This document shows positions 31,364 to 42,960 of a stretch of DNA of 64,000 bases, in pieces; the stretch's first letter is position 1, and every line of letters begins with the position of its first letter. The translations under genes and the position numbers were made by a program. Under the pieces are notes generated by a model. That model searched no databases and was not told the origin of the DNA. It was given only the letters and a program-made list of their open reading frames with translations. The stretch is from an uncultured Spirochaetota bacterium (GTDB lineage Bacteria; Spirochaetota; UBA4802; UBA5550): positions 256,001 through 320,000 of the forward strand of contig CAWHAA010000002.1 of the NCBI GenBank assembly GCA_963827275.1, written 5' to 3'.

Positions 31364-31473
31364 GGCAGTGGATGGTATCCGATGATCGCGGCGGCTTCAA
31401 TAAGTTTTTTATTTGACTTTATAAAATTATTGCTTTACCTTTCTTTCGGGACAGGCCTATGATCGGTGCAGCG

Positions 31474-32796
31474 ATGAAGAAACACGCGACATTGTATGTT
31501 TTGATCTGCCTTCTGGCGGCGGTTGTTCCCGGCGCGCGCGCCGCCGCTGCATCATTTACCATGGGCAGGATGCAGACCGTCGGTTCCGACGGATCGCTTG
31601 ACGCGACCCTGAGCCCGTCCCTCCTGACGGCGCAACGGACCGACAACGCCATAGGAGTCCTCCTGCTCTATGCTCCCTTCGCGTCTCACGGGTACGCGTA
31701 TGATCATTACCGGGATTCATCCTTCCTGAGGAACCTGACGCTCGACGCCGCCTACAGCGCCGGGAGCGTGCTCCTCTCCTACAGCAGAAAAACGCCGGCC
31801 GGCATTGTGGGACTTGCGCTTGATACCGATGACACTTACGGGGGCGAGTCCAGGCGCTATAAACGGGCCTATGCCGGCATCTGGATGGGAACTATCTCCT
31901 ACACCGAGATCAAGGGCAAAACGATGGCGATGTCGCCCCGTGCCGTTTTTTCCTTCGGCGGGACGGTGAAGGGAGAACATTCATTGGGAGTGCAGTGCGC
32001 CGCGGGGTACTCGCTCTCCAGGGATGATACCAATTACAGCGTTGCCATGAACTTCCAGCCGAGCCAGAAGCACCATGCATCGAAGAGGACGGAGGAGGCC
32101 CGGGCGGAACTGTCGTTCGGGTACTCCTACCGGAATCCCGACTCCCAGGCGGGGCTGATGATCCGATCCGGCAGGTTCGCCTGGCAGAAGACGAAAATTT
32201 ATTACAACCATGCGGATTTTTATCCACTGCCATACCTGCCGTTTACTTTTCAGATACTCTACGCCGGCAGCGTGTCCGAGCCGTACGCCTTCAAGTATGA
32301 CCGGGGATTCAGCATCATTGCCGGAGGGTATCACCGGCCCGCCAGGTTCATAGCGCTCGCGCTCGAGGGCGAGCTCCAGGTGCCGATAGCCTATTCCGTT
32401 AAGGACCTCCGGTTCGATGAAACGACCTTTTATTTCGGCGTGTTGCACAACCTGGGGATCAGGCGCTCCGGCGTGATCTGCATAAGGGCCGGTTTTGAAA
32501 TAATGCCCGCCGGGCCGGTGGTCATCAGCCTCGGGGGATCGGCCCGCATAGCGCGGGAGAGAAAAAAGGGCGCCTACCTTTCGGAGTCGGTCAAAACGGA
32601 AGAGTACAGCGGCACCGTCGGGCTTGATATCAGGGCGGTGGACAACCTGCTCATCATGGCCGGGTCCCGGCTGACGTACACGCGGGAACGGAAAAAGTCA
32701 TCGACAAACTACAATTTCTTGGGCTCGGGCTCGTTTGACGGGCTTGCGACGCTGCTTCACGTCGATTGCTTTATCGGGACTTCTGTCGGATTTTAG
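31474..32796 (+). CDS. Putative outer-membrane beta-barrel protein
   Basis: Signal peptide, amphipathic Tyr/Gly-rich strands, C-terminal Phe. Confidence 0.6.
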   Translation: MKKHATLYVLICLLAAVVPGARAAAASFTMGRMQTVGSDGSLDATLSPSLLTAQRTDNAIGVLLLYAPFASHGYAYDHYRDSSFLRNLTLDAAYSAGSVLLSYSRKTPAGIVGLALDTDDTYGGESRRYKRAYAGIWMGTISYTEIKGKTMAMSPRAVFSFGGTVKGEHSLGVQCAAGYSLSRDDTNYSVAMNFQPSQKHHASKRTEEARAELSFGYSYRNPDSQAGLMIRSGRFAWQKTKIYYNHADFYPLPYLPFTFQILYAGSVSEPYAFKYDRGFSIIAGGYHRPARFIALALEGELQVPIAYSVKDLRFDETTFYFGVLHNLGIRRSGVICIRAGFEIMPAGPVVISLGGSARIARERKKGAYLSESVKTEEYSGTVGLDIRAVDNLLIMAGSRLTYTRERKKSSTNYNFLGSGSFDGLATLLHVDCFIGTSVGF

Positions 32797-32832
32797 CGTC
32801 GCGGCGCAACCATTCACGCAGGAGGACATGCC

Positions 32833-33939
32833 ATGGATATAGTTACCGTTCTGGGCATCACATGGCGCAAGGCGTCGACAGGGGACCTCCTGATCTTTGC
32901 CGCGGTCCTGGCGGTGCCGGTCAGCATTTTCATCCTGCTGAAAATAGCCCAGCGATTGAGGGACCGGCGCATCCATGATGAACAGCTTTTTCTGTTTAAA
33001 TTGAAGCGCCTCGGCCTCTCGAACTTCCAGATCAAGATCGTGAACAACCTGGTTGAGATCCTCGGCCTCTCGAACCCGAACCATCTGCTTGAAGATCCCG
33101 TGAATTTCGAGCGGGCGATAGGCAGGTTCCTCACGCATGCGCGGGGGAGCGGTCAGGATGAGGAATCCCAGTGCATGATCTGCAGGGACATCACCGCCAT
33201 CTACGACAAGCTCTATTTCAAGCTCCTGTTCAAGAAACCGCTGAAGGGCCTTGCCGACATTGACAGCGAGCAGCTCCTCTACTTCTCCGCGGGCGGCAAC
33301 AAGGTGTTCCTGGGGAAGATAATCGCGATGAATGAAAAAGAATTCAGGCTGAAAATCTTCGGGAATCCGGCGGCGCTCGCGGCCATGGCCGGCGGTAGTC
33401 CCGTGACGTTCCAGATATTCAGGCTGGGCGACGCCGAGTATGAATTCGTCTCCCGGGTCATCGGCCATGAAGGGGCGGAGCTCAGGGTCGCGGTACCGGC
33501 CGAGCTCGTCAGGCGCGAGGAGACGCGGCATCCGTACGTTGACGTCATCATTCCCGCCCGGATTTCACGAAATGAAACACAGGCGCCGGAAACCGGCGTG
33601 AAAGAGAACGCGGAAGGCGGAGAGCCCCCGGCCGGCGACGCCGGCCTGTCCGAGGAAGAAGGCATGCTGGCAGACGAGATCAGGCCGGAGATTTTCTCCT
33701 GTACCATCTATAAGATCAATGACTTTGAAGCCGTCCTGCGGCTCCAGGAGCGGCTCGATTTCAACTACCGCTACCTGCTTGAATTCATGGCGATGGACTT
33801 CCAGTTCAAGATCATCGTGAAAGTGATCGCCACGAAAACTGTCGAGGAGGGTGACGTCCTGTATTACACGGTCAAGTTCGACGAAATGCCGGACGCCGCC
33901 GCAGTGGTGCTGAAAAAATACGTGTACGAGCACCTCTAA
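32833..33939 (+). CDS. Membrane-anchored hypothetical protein, degenerate YcgR/PilZ-like
   Basis: One N-terminal TM; FRLGDAEYEFVSRV (PilZN-like); RREETRHPYV at the RxxxR position. Confidence 0.55.
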   Translation: MDIVTVLGITWRKASTGDLLIFAAVLAVPVSIFILLKIAQRLRDRRIHDEQLFLFKLKRLGLSNFQIKIVNNLVEILGLSNPNHLLEDPVNFERAIGRFLTHARGSGQDEESQCMICRDITAIYDKLYFKLLFKKPLKGLADIDSEQLLYFSAGGNKVFLGKIIAMNEKEFRLKIFGNPAALAAMAGGSPVTFQIFRLGDAEYEFVSRVIGHEGAELRVAVPAELVRREETRHPYVDVIIPARISRNETQAPETGVKENAEGGEPPAGDAGLSEEEGMLADEIRPEIFSCTIYKINDFEAVLRLQERLDFNYRYLLEFMAMDFQFKIIVKVIATKTVEEGDVLYYTVKFDEMPDAAAVVLKKYVYEHL

Positions 33940-34799
33940 AAATAGCCGGGCAGGATCGCCTTGAGCTTCTTGACCTGCGCCGCGCCCCGCTTATGCCCGG
34001 CCGTGATGTGCGCGTACTTCGCGGCTTCTTCACACCCGCAGCCGCGCCCCCTCCCCAGGCGCTCCAGCAGCAGCTTGAGGAGCCGCTTCGCATTACCCGC
34101 GTTGGTCGTGAGGTTGCGCACCACCATGTCGATGGTGACGTGCTCTTCCGTTTCATGCCAGCAGTCATAGTCGGTGCTCATGCATATGACGGCGTAGCAG
34201 ATCTCCGCCTCCCGGGCGAGCTTCGCCTCGGGCAGGGTGCTCATATTGATGATGCCGGCGCCCCAGGAGCGGTAGAGGTTGCTTTCGGCCTTCGTTGAAA
34301 ACGCCGGTCCCTCCATGCAGATCAGGGTCTCGCCGGTGTGCATGGTCAGGCCGAGCTCGCCTGCGGCCGGCGTTATGACGGAATGGAGCCTCCCGCAGAA
34401 CGGGTGCCCGAAAGAGATGTGGGCGGCGACGCCGTTGCCGAAGAACGAGCTCTCGCGCGATTTTGTCCGGTCGATGACCTGGTCGGGCAGGACGAAGTCG
34501 AGCGGCCGGATCGCTTCCTTGAGGCTTCCGACCGCGGAGAAGGCGATGATCTCCTCCACGCCGATCATTTTCAGCGCGGCGATGTTTGCGCGGTAGTTCA
34601 CTTCATGCGGGAGATGGACATGCCCCCTGCCGTGGCGCGGCAGGAACGCCGCCCTGCGGCCATCGATGTCGGCGATGACGATGCTGTCCGACGTTTCCCC
34701 CCACGGGGTCTTGACGTCGATCTCCTCAATGGTCGTCGCGCCCTCTATTTCATACAGGCCGGAGCCCCCGATTATGCCGATCGATGCTTTTTTCTCCAT
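33936..34799 (-). CDS. mtnP: S-methyl-5'-thioadenosine phosphorylase
   Basis: IGIIGGSGLY, FLPRHG, NYRANI, MEGPAFSTKAES, PEAKLAREAE, TDYDCW. Confidence 0.95.
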   Translation of the reverse strand: MEKKASIGIIGGSGLYEIEGATTIEEIDVKTPWGETSDSIVIADIDGRRAAFLPRHGRGHVHLPHEVNYRANIAALKMIGVEEIIAFSAVGSLKEAIRPLDFVLPDQVIDRTKSRESSFFGNGVAAHISFGHPFCGRLHSVITPAAGELGLTMHTGETLICMEGPAFSTKAESNLYRSWGAGIINMSTLPEAKLAREAEICYAVICMSTDYDCWHETEEHVTIDMVVRNLTTNAGNAKRLLKLLLERLGRGRGCGCEEAAKYAHITAGHKRGAAQVKKLKAILPGYF

Positions 34800-34907
34800 C
34801 AGTCGTTCCTCCCTTCGGTGCCGGATGCTACCCGGCCACGGTATTCAACGATGTATGGATAGGATGGATTTTATAGCAAGAAAAAAATGTAAATAGGGAC
34901 AGGGGAG

Positions 34908-34953
34908 GGCATTCTGTTAGCGTGGGGTTTAAACCCCATGCTAACAGAATGCC
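34908..34953. repeat. 46-bp near-perfect palindrome (REP-like)
   Basis: GGCATTCTGTTAGCGTGGGGTTT|AAACCCCATGCTAACAGAATGCC, one mismatch. Confidence 0.8.
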
Positions 34954-35069
34954 GAATGATAGGGCAAAATGTAAAAAAAATAATTGCCGGCAAAGCCTTT
35001 TTGAGGTAGCGTATTACAAATATTTGACATTCTGAATACGCGAGAGAAAACATGCAAAAAGGAGGGCCT

Positions 35070-35558
35070 ATGAGACTGTCCCGCGTCATTGTACTGTTAA
35101 TGGCGGCAGCCGCCCTGCTTATGGCCGGCCCGTCAGCTGCGCAGCGGAAGGAGATCCCCAAAGAGGAGGTGCCGGCGGACGTCATCGAAGTCCTGAACGC
35201 CTACATGAAGCTCCTGACGACGAGCCCGACCCTCGAAGCCTGCGGGGTGGCGGTGGAAAAAATCGCGGCGGGCCACATGCTTTCCATGAACGGTGGCATC
35301 TCGGACGACGTGATGCAGTTCAGCCTGAAGAAGGACTACCAGAACGCGAAGTTCTACAGGTTCCCGGTGGTGATCACAAGGGTGCAGCGCGTCGAGAACG
35401 ATTATGACGGATTCGGACCGACCCTGTTCAAGGGCACCAGGTACCGGATATGGATTGCCAAGAAGGAGGGGGTCCCCGGCCTTCCCGCGCCGATCCCGAT
35501 CATCAAGCCTGCGTCCGGCGGGCCTCCGAAGATCGTCACGACGATCGGCAGCCTGTAA
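35070..35558 (+). CDS. Exported hypothetical protein
   Basis: GGAGG RBS, signal peptide, host-like codon usage; hairpin plus T-tract downstream. Confidence 0.75.
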   Translation: MRLSRVIVLLMAAAALLMAGPSAAQRKEIPKEEVPADVIEVLNAYMKLLTTSPTLEACGVAVEKIAAGHMLSMNGGISDDVMQFSLKKDYQNAKFYRFPVVITRVQRVENDYDGFGPTLFKGTRYRIWIAKKEGVPGLPAPIPIIKPASGGPPKIVTTIGSL

Positions 35559-35746
35559 GCCACTTAGGGTGGCCGGCCCCCTCAACCGCCGGCCGGCTTT
35601 TTTTCGCCATCCATGCCGGCGGCCGGGTTACGGATATTGAAAATGTCCTTGCCATTCAGGCTAACTGCTGTTGTACTATGAAAAAAACCGGCAGAGGGCT
35701 TGCCTGCCCTGTGCCCTGTACGGCAATAGCATACGGTGAGAGATAC

Positions 35747-36634
35747 ATGATGGTTAAAACCCCGGGCCTCATATTCGCCACGCTGAAAAATATTCGCGCC
35801 ACGGCCCTTAACCGGGAAATGATCGGATTCTCGATTGAAAGAACACTCGGCCCGGTTACGCCCGGTCACATCAGGCGGTACGCGCAGGCCACGCGCGACC
35901 CGAACCCGGCCTATTGCGGTGTTGACCCGATCGCGCCCCCGTTTTTCCTGTCATGCCTGATATGGGACCACATGAAAGAAATTTACGTCCACCCCGACCT
36001 TCACGTCAACTTTTTCAGGCTGATGCACGCGGAGCAGCGGGTGAGCTGGCACAGCCCGATCCACGCCGGGGACAGACTGACCGCGCGGATCATGATAAAG
36101 GACATCGAGGATACGCGGGCCGGCCAGCTGCTGAAAATATCAGGCTCGGTGATAACGCAGGACGGGAGCATCGCGGCTGAAGCTACGGCGGGACTCATGA
36201 TAAAAAATCCCTCGTCTGCGAAAAAAGCAGGGGCACATCCTGCTGCCGAACGTCATCTGCGCGAAACGGCCCGCCTCGAGATCAGGACAGAAATTGGGCA
36301 GAACCTGGATTACGCAAGGGCATCGGGAGACAGGAGCTTCATCCATATCAGCGACAGGCTCGCCCGCCTTGCCGGGCTTCCCGGCGCGGTCATGCACGGG
36401 GTATGCCTTCTTTCGATGGCCTGCTCGGCCTACACGGGAAGATTCCTGAACGGCGACAGCACGAGGCTCACCGGGGCATACACCAGGTTTTCATATCCCG
36501 CGCTTCCAGGGGAAACCCTTTCCATGATCTGTTTTGAGGGCCCCCCGGGGGAAACGCCATTTACCCTGGTCAACCGGTCAGGCAGAACAGTTTTATCACG
36601 GGGAATAATCACGTATAAAAGAAGTGGAGCATGA
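35747..36634 (+). CDS. MaoC-family (double hot-dog) enoyl-CoA hydratase/dehydratase
   Basis: IRRYAQATRD, LMHAEQ, YARASGDRSFIH..ARLAGLPGAVMHG. Confidence 0.85.
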   Translation: MMVKTPGLIFATLKNIRATALNREMIGFSIERTLGPVTPGHIRRYAQATRDPNPAYCGVDPIAPPFFLSCLIWDHMKEIYVHPDLHVNFFRLMHAEQRVSWHSPIHAGDRLTARIMIKDIEDTRAGQLLKISGSVITQDGSIAAEATAGLMIKNPSSAKKAGAHPAAERHLRETARLEIRTEIGQNLDYARASGDRSFIHISDRLARLAGLPGAVMHGVCLLSMACSAYTGRFLNGDSTRLTGAYTRFSYPALPGETLSMICFEGPPGETPFTLVNRSGRTVLSRGIITYKRSGA

Positions 36635-36668
36635 TACAATCAATGCCCTGTGAGGCGCCTGCCCGATA

Positions 36669-38054
36669 TTAAAAAATTTTCCCCGGGTTCAGGATCCCCT
36701 TCGGGTCAAAGGCCTTCTTTATCCTCTTTAAAAGCTCAATCTCCGCGTCACCGCAGGCGAGGCAGAGGTAGTCTTTCCTGATGCAGCCGATCCCGTGCTC
36801 GCCGGTGATGGTGCCGCCAAGGGCGAGGGCGCGCCGGTAGATTGCGCGTTTCAGCTCGGGAAGGGCGGCCTTCCACGCATCGTAACCGGTCTCGCCTTTC
36901 AGCACGTCGATGTGCACGTTGCCGTCGCCGGCGTGGCCGAACATGACGGAGCGGAGGCCCTTCGATTCGAAGTATTCCTTCAACCCGGTCAGGAACTCCG
37001 GTATGCGCGAGCGCGGCACCACGCAGTCCTCGGCGAGGAACACCGGGCTCACTGACGTTATGGATTCGCGGATCGAGCGGCGCGCCTTCCAGAGCCGTTC
37101 ACGCTGCGCGGGTGACCCTGCGATGAGCATCTTTTCCTGGTCCACGCTGACGGCCCGGCCGATGCGCCCGAGGTCCTCCATGACCGCCTGCTCCGAGCTG
37201 CCGTCGACCTGGATGAGCAGGTGGGCGCCGGCCGCGGGAAACGGCACCTCGCGCCCCAGGTGCCCGGCCACCAGGGCGATGGCGTCACGCTCCATGAACT
37301 CAATGGTGGCGGGCACGATCCCGCTTTGCAAAATTTCGGTGACGGCCACGGCGGCATCCTGTATCGAGGTGAAGGGTATCAGCATGTCGATTGAGGCGGA
37401 GGGCGCGGGCACCAGGCGCAGAAAAATCTTCGTAACGACCGCGAGGGTGCCCTCGGAGCCGACGAGTATGCCCGACAGGTTATAACCGGTCGCGTTCTTG
37501 ACGATTTTTCCGCCAGTCGTGATGACGCTTCCGTCGGCAAGGACGAACTCCAGTCCCAGCACGTAGTCCTTGGTGGTGCCGTACCGGACGGCGCGGGGGC
37601 CGCCGGCGTTTTCTGCCACGTTGCCGCCGATGGAGCAGGAATCCAGGCTTGCCGGATCGGGCGGATACATGAGGCCCCGGGCCTGTGCCGCCTCCTGAAT
37701 GTCGCGGGTGACGGCGCCCGGCTCCACCACCGCCACCATGTTCTCTATGTCGATCTCGATGATGCGGTTCATCTTTTCAAGGGACAGAACCACTCCTCCC
37801 ATGACCGGCACTGCGCCGCCGGTGACGCCGGTCCCGGCGCCGCGCGGTATCACGGGTATGCTTCGCTCGTTGCAGTAGGAAAGCACCAGTCGCACGTCAT
37901 CGGTCGTTTCGGCACGCACCAGAATATCCGGCATGGCGCGGAGGTCAGAGGTCTCGTCCTTCGCGTAGGTTTCCAGGATATCGGGATCGGTGACGACCCT
38001 GATGTTCCCGCCGAGGCGGGACAGCTCATCTGCGATGCGTGCATAGTCTGTCAT
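36669..38054 (-). CDS. FAD-linked 2-hydroxyacid oxidase (GlcD / D-lactate dehydrogenase family)
   Basis: PRGAGTG..GG, YPPDPAS..SIGGNVAENAGG, GSEGTL, GHAGDGNVH, GEHGIG, LNPGK. Confidence 0.92.
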   Translation of the reverse strand: MTDYARIADELSRLGGNIRVVTDPDILETYAKDETSDLRAMPDILVRAETTDDVRLVLSYCNERSIPVIPRGAGTGVTGGAVPVMGGVVLSLEKMNRIIEIDIENMVAVVEPGAVTRDIQEAAQARGLMYPPDPASLDSCSIGGNVAENAGGPRAVRYGTTKDYVLGLEFVLADGSVITTGGKIVKNATGYNLSGILVGSEGTLAVVTKIFLRLVPAPSASIDMLIPFTSIQDAAVAVTEILQSGIVPATIEFMERDAIALVAGHLGREVPFPAAGAHLLIQVDGSSEQAVMEDLGRIGRAVSVDQEKMLIAGSPAQRERLWKARRSIRESITSVSPVFLAEDCVVPRSRIPEFLTGLKEYFESKGLRSVMFGHAGDGNVHIDVLKGETGYDAWKAALPELKRAIYRRALALGGTITGEHGIGCIRKDYLCLACGDAEIELLKRIKKAFDPKGILNPGKIF

Positions 38055-38321
38055 GCGGGTACCTGCCGTTATCACGGTAATGGTGGCAGAAGAATCATGT
38101 CAAGGATTTATACGGCGTCTGCGCGGTAATGTGAGAATGCCTCTCCCGTCACCCGCCGTCATGCCGGCGGGGTGTGAATAATAAAATCCTTGATTTCTTC
38201 CGCCGCACCCCGCATAGTTGATGGCAGCGGCACTCCCCGTTGCGTCCTCATGCCGGGATGCCACGAATGGGAGGATGGACCCGCGTCATATTAAATTTCT
38301 AGATGAAAGGGGAACACGCAT

Positions 38322-38432
38322 ATGGGAAAATCACAGGATGCAAAAAAATCGGAGAAGAAAAAACCGCAAAAAACCGCGAAAGAGAAAAAGCTGGAAAAGC
38401 TGGAAAAGAAAAAATTAAGTAAGTACGAATAG
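38322..38432 (+). CDS. Small Lys-rich protein (36 aa), not in the ORF track
   Basis: GAAAGGGG RBS, then MGKSQDAKKSEKKKPQKTAKEKKLEKLEKKKLSKYE*; GC hairpin downstream. Confidence 0.7.
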   Translation: MGKSQDAKKSEKKKPQKTAKEKKLEKLEKKKLSKYE

Positions 38433-38843
38433 TGTCATTCAACCTGCCCGCCCCTGCACGCAACGCCCGGGGCGGGCAGAGATTCAATGCTCGATCACCG
38501 GAACTTACCGCGGATGCCTGGAGCCGGACGCATCAATAGTAACTGCCCCTGCAAAGCTACATAACAAGACAATTCATGCTTTTCTGTTTATTTTTAATCT
38601 TTTATATAGAAAAATATCATCTTTATATCAGGTTAATTAATAAAACTGAAGGGTCATTTTTTGATATATCAGACTCAGGCCAGACCTGCCCCCTTCTTTG
38701 TGTATATATTTCCCCTACATGAAGGGTGTTTTATTATATGATTTTAATATACCGGCCAGACGGTTATTGGCAATTTAATAGAAAACAAACAGTATTACAA
38801 ATTAGTGATTATTAAAGATTAAAACAAAAAGGGGGGAAAAACA

Positions 38844-39782
38844 ATGAATGCAAACGCACTTAAAGAAAATATAACCCGCCCCATCGAACAGGAGGCTTCC
38901 CGCCCCGAACAGATCCCGGTCACCAGCCAGGACTATTTTTTGATCCATAATAAAGGATTCAATTATTATGGCATCGACCTGAGCGGTGTTGATATCGGCA
39001 GGCTGGAAGACATCATCAGCGCGTGCGAAACGGTCGAAAAAAGCACCTGGACCGCGCAGGAAAACTTTTACGAATACTTCAGGAAGTGCAATCTTCTCAT
39101 TTACGCGGAGAAGGACGGGCACGTGGTGGGATTCTGCCTCGCTTCGCTGCTCCTTATCAACGAATATTGCTTCTTCACCAACGACGAGACCATGGTCCTC
39201 AAGGATTACCAGGGGTTCAACATCGCCCTCTATATCGTCACCACGGCGTTCCTCTATTTCATGAAGAAGCTTGACCTGGGGAAATCGATAAAGAAATTCA
39301 TCTATGTCTCCATTTCAGCAAATCCGCAGGTGGTGAACGGCTATTTCCAGAACATCTACTGGAACAAGTTCGACAATTCCTACCATCCCTCGAAGGAGCT
39401 GGTCGGCATCCACCACGCGTACCTTGAAAAGTACAACATGTCGCTTGTCGATCATGACTATCCCTTCTGCGTGAAGAACCTCTTTCCCGGCTCGCAGCAC
39501 CTGGACTGGACGAAGAAGAAGTTCCAGTTCAAGGACGAGGTGAAAAAGCTCATGCCGTCTGAATTCGACCACAAGGAGCGGGGCGACGCGTGGGCGTTCA
39601 TGTTCATGACGAACATGCGGGGGGCCTACAAGCTTTTCCTGTATATGGCCATCGCTTTTATCGGCAGGAAGACATTTTTCAACGAGCGGCTCGGACTGTT
39701 CAGGAGGAAGAAGCGCCTGCTGGTCAAACCGAAGCTGACCAGGGTGCGCCTGATCGACGGAAGGTTCGTCGAGCAGTATTGA
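38844..39782 (+). CDS. Hypothetical protein, possible GNAT-like fold
   Basis: 312 aa; VVGF and TMVLKDYQGFNIA resemble the acetyl-CoA motif A. Confidence 0.65.
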   Translation: MNANALKENITRPIEQEASRPEQIPVTSQDYFLIHNKGFNYYGIDLSGVDIGRLEDIISACETVEKSTWTAQENFYEYFRKCNLLIYAEKDGHVVGFCLASLLLINEYCFFTNDETMVLKDYQGFNIALYIVTTAFLYFMKKLDLGKSIKKFIYVSISANPQVVNGYFQNIYWNKFDNSYHPSKELVGIHHAYLEKYNMSLVDHDYPFCVKNLFPGSQHLDWTKKKFQFKDEVKKLMPSEFDHKERGDAWAFMFMTNMRGAYKLFLYMAIAFIGRKTFFNERLGLFRRKKRLLVKPKLTRVRLIDGRFVEQY

Positions 39783-39794
39783 TCCGGCGCTTCA

Positions 39795-40495
39795 TCACTG
39801 GACAAGGGACCGGAGGTAGCGTTTCAGCTCCTCCGGTTCTTTTTGCCTCCTGACCGCCTCGGTGCCCACCACATACCCGTCGCCGATCGCGCAGGCCTGC
39901 CGCGCGTCGCTCCCGGTCTTGACGCCGAACCCGATGATCACCTTCTTGTCGGTATTGTCCCGTATCATTGTTATTTTATCGACCAGCTCGGGAGCGGTGA
40001 AATCCGACCGCGCGCCGGTGATGCCGCGGACCCCGACGAAGTAGATGATCTCGCTCGCCGATTCATTCATCAGCGCCAGGTCGGAGGCGCGGGTCTCGAG
40101 GGTGGCGAGGGGGACGATCGGCAGGGCGAAGCCGCCGTCGTAAAAAAGCCGGGCCATCCTGTTGGGGACATCGGGGATGATAACCCCGTCAAGCAGCCCC
40201 GCCATGTCGTCAGAGAAGCGCTTCAATCCGCATGCGTGTATGATGTTTGCGTAGGTCATCACGTATTTTTTTATGCCGCTGCCCCGCAGCGCCCTGATGC
40301 CGTCCATGACCGACGGCGGTGTCACGCCGGCGGCAAGGGAATCGTGGATCGCCCCGGCGATCACCGGGCCGTCCGCTATCGGGTCATTGAAGGGGATGCC
40401 CACCTCGATGAAATCAAAGCCGGCAGAAACGACCGCGTTGAAGCACTCAATGAATGTCGCCATGTCAGGATACCCGCCGGCAAGATATATTCCTT

Positions 40496-40499
<4 letters not shown>
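39795..40499 (-). CDS. trpA: Tryptophan synthase alpha chain
   Basis: [42 protein letters not shown]. Confidence 0.93.
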
Positions 40500-41658
<1,159 letters not shown>

Positions 41659-41672
<14 letters not shown>

Positions 41673-42201
41673 GGCGCACCTCTGCAATAAACGTTTCCAT
41701 AAGACGGTAGTCCTTTGTTCCCCTGGTCTTCTCCACCCCGCTCGATACATCGATCCCGAAGGGCCGGTAGCCGCGGATGACACGCGAAACATTTTCCGGC
41801 GTGAGACCGCCGGATATGATAAGCCGTTCCCTGATGCCATGGAGCCATGGCGGGAATTCGGCGCTTGCTCCCGAGCCCCTGCTCGCGTCGAACATGAAGA
41901 GCGGCCGGGACCCTGCCGGCGGCTCTTTGTCGCCGGCGTAAATATACCGGTCCAGGTCGCGGAATTCATACGCCTGCACGTAATCGAAATCCTCGCGACA
42001 GGCCGAGACCTCGTCATAGCTGAGGCCGACCGCGACCGTCAGTATCCTGCCGCGGGCGTAGCGCGCGAGCTTCCGCGCGCGGTCCGGGCCGCAGTGGCGG
42101 GGGCTCGGCCGGTGCATCACGACGCCGATCGCCGAATAGCCGAGAATGACCGCCTGGTCGACCTGCTCGGCGGAGGTTATGCCGCACACCTTTACGAACA
42201 C
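41659..42201 (-). CDS. trpF: Phosphoribosylanthranilate isomerase
   Basis: [27 protein letters not shown]. Confidence 0.92.
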
Positions 42202-42953
42202 GGCCCCTCCAGGGCGCTGTAGAATCCGCGGAGCGTTGCTGCCGGATCATCTGAGGTCATGAGGGAGGTGCCGATCAGGAAGGCGTCCGCGCCGGCGCGG
42301 CTGAAGTTTCGTATGTCATCCGGCGTTTCTATGCCGCTTTCCGCGATTTTCAAAAAATTTCCATTGAGGGACCCGAGGACGTCCATCGCCTTTTCTTTGT
42401 CGATCGCGAACGTGGCAAGGTCGCGGGAATTGACGCCGACCAGCTGGGGGTCCAGGCCCTGTATCTTTTCAAACTCGTCAGCCGCGTGGATTTCGAACAG
42501 GACCTTCATGGAGTAGCGGCGCGCCCTGCGCGAAAGTATCATCAGCTCGCGTGCGGAGAGAACTGACGTGATCAGGAGTATGAAGTCTGCGCCGTGCAGG
42601 TAGGCGTTGTCCACCTGTATCTCGCTGATGATGAAATCCTTGCAGAGCAGCGGCAGGGCGACGCTCCCCGAAATGCGCGTCAGGTAATCGAAGCTTCCGC
42701 TGAAATAGGTTGCGTCGGTGAGGACGCTCACGGCGCCGGCCCCGCCCGTTTCGTATCGCCGCGCCCGGTCGACAATGTCCGCACCGGCGTTGATCTCTCC
42801 CCGGGTGGGGGAGGACTTCTTGATCTCGGCGATAAACGGCCGCTGCCTGAGGACCGGGCAGGGGTCCATGACGGCGCGTGTCCGGTGGAACCCGGCGCGC
42901 CTGAGGGTCGCTATCTCCTTTCGCTTGTGTTCAAGTATCCGGTCCAGGTACAT
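42192..42953 (-). CDS. trpC: Indole-3-glycerol phosphate synthase
   Basis: IAEIKKSSP.RG, SVLTD..YF.GS, KDFI, GVNSRDL, AESGI. Confidence 0.95.
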   Translation of the reverse strand: MYLDRILEHKRKEIATLRRAGFHRTRAVMDPCPVLRQRPFIAEIKKSSPTRGEINAGADIVDRARRYETGGAGAVSVLTDATYFSGSFDYLTRISGSVALPLLCKDFIISEIQVDNAYLHGADFILLITSVLSARELMILSRRARRYSMKVLFEIHAADEFEKIQGLDPQLVGVNSRDLATFAIDKEKAMDVLGSLNGNFLKIAESGIETPDDIRNFSRAGADAFLIGTSLMTSDDPAATLRGFYSALEGPCS

Positions 42954-42960
42954 GATGCCC

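Noticed and set aside
34955..35010. GGGCAAA...GGCAAAGCC resembling a c-di-GMP-I riboswitch
   Set aside because: No GNRA-capped P2 stem or P3 pairing could be built.
35678..35702. AAAAAAACCGGCAGAGGGCTT, similar to the right block of the 115-bp element
   Set aside because: Short match with no AAATT end or left block; could be chance.
38100..38193. 10-bp inverted repeat TCAAGGATTT/AAATCCTTGA as MITE ends
   Set aside because: Adequately explained by two divergent -35 (TTGA) promoter elements.
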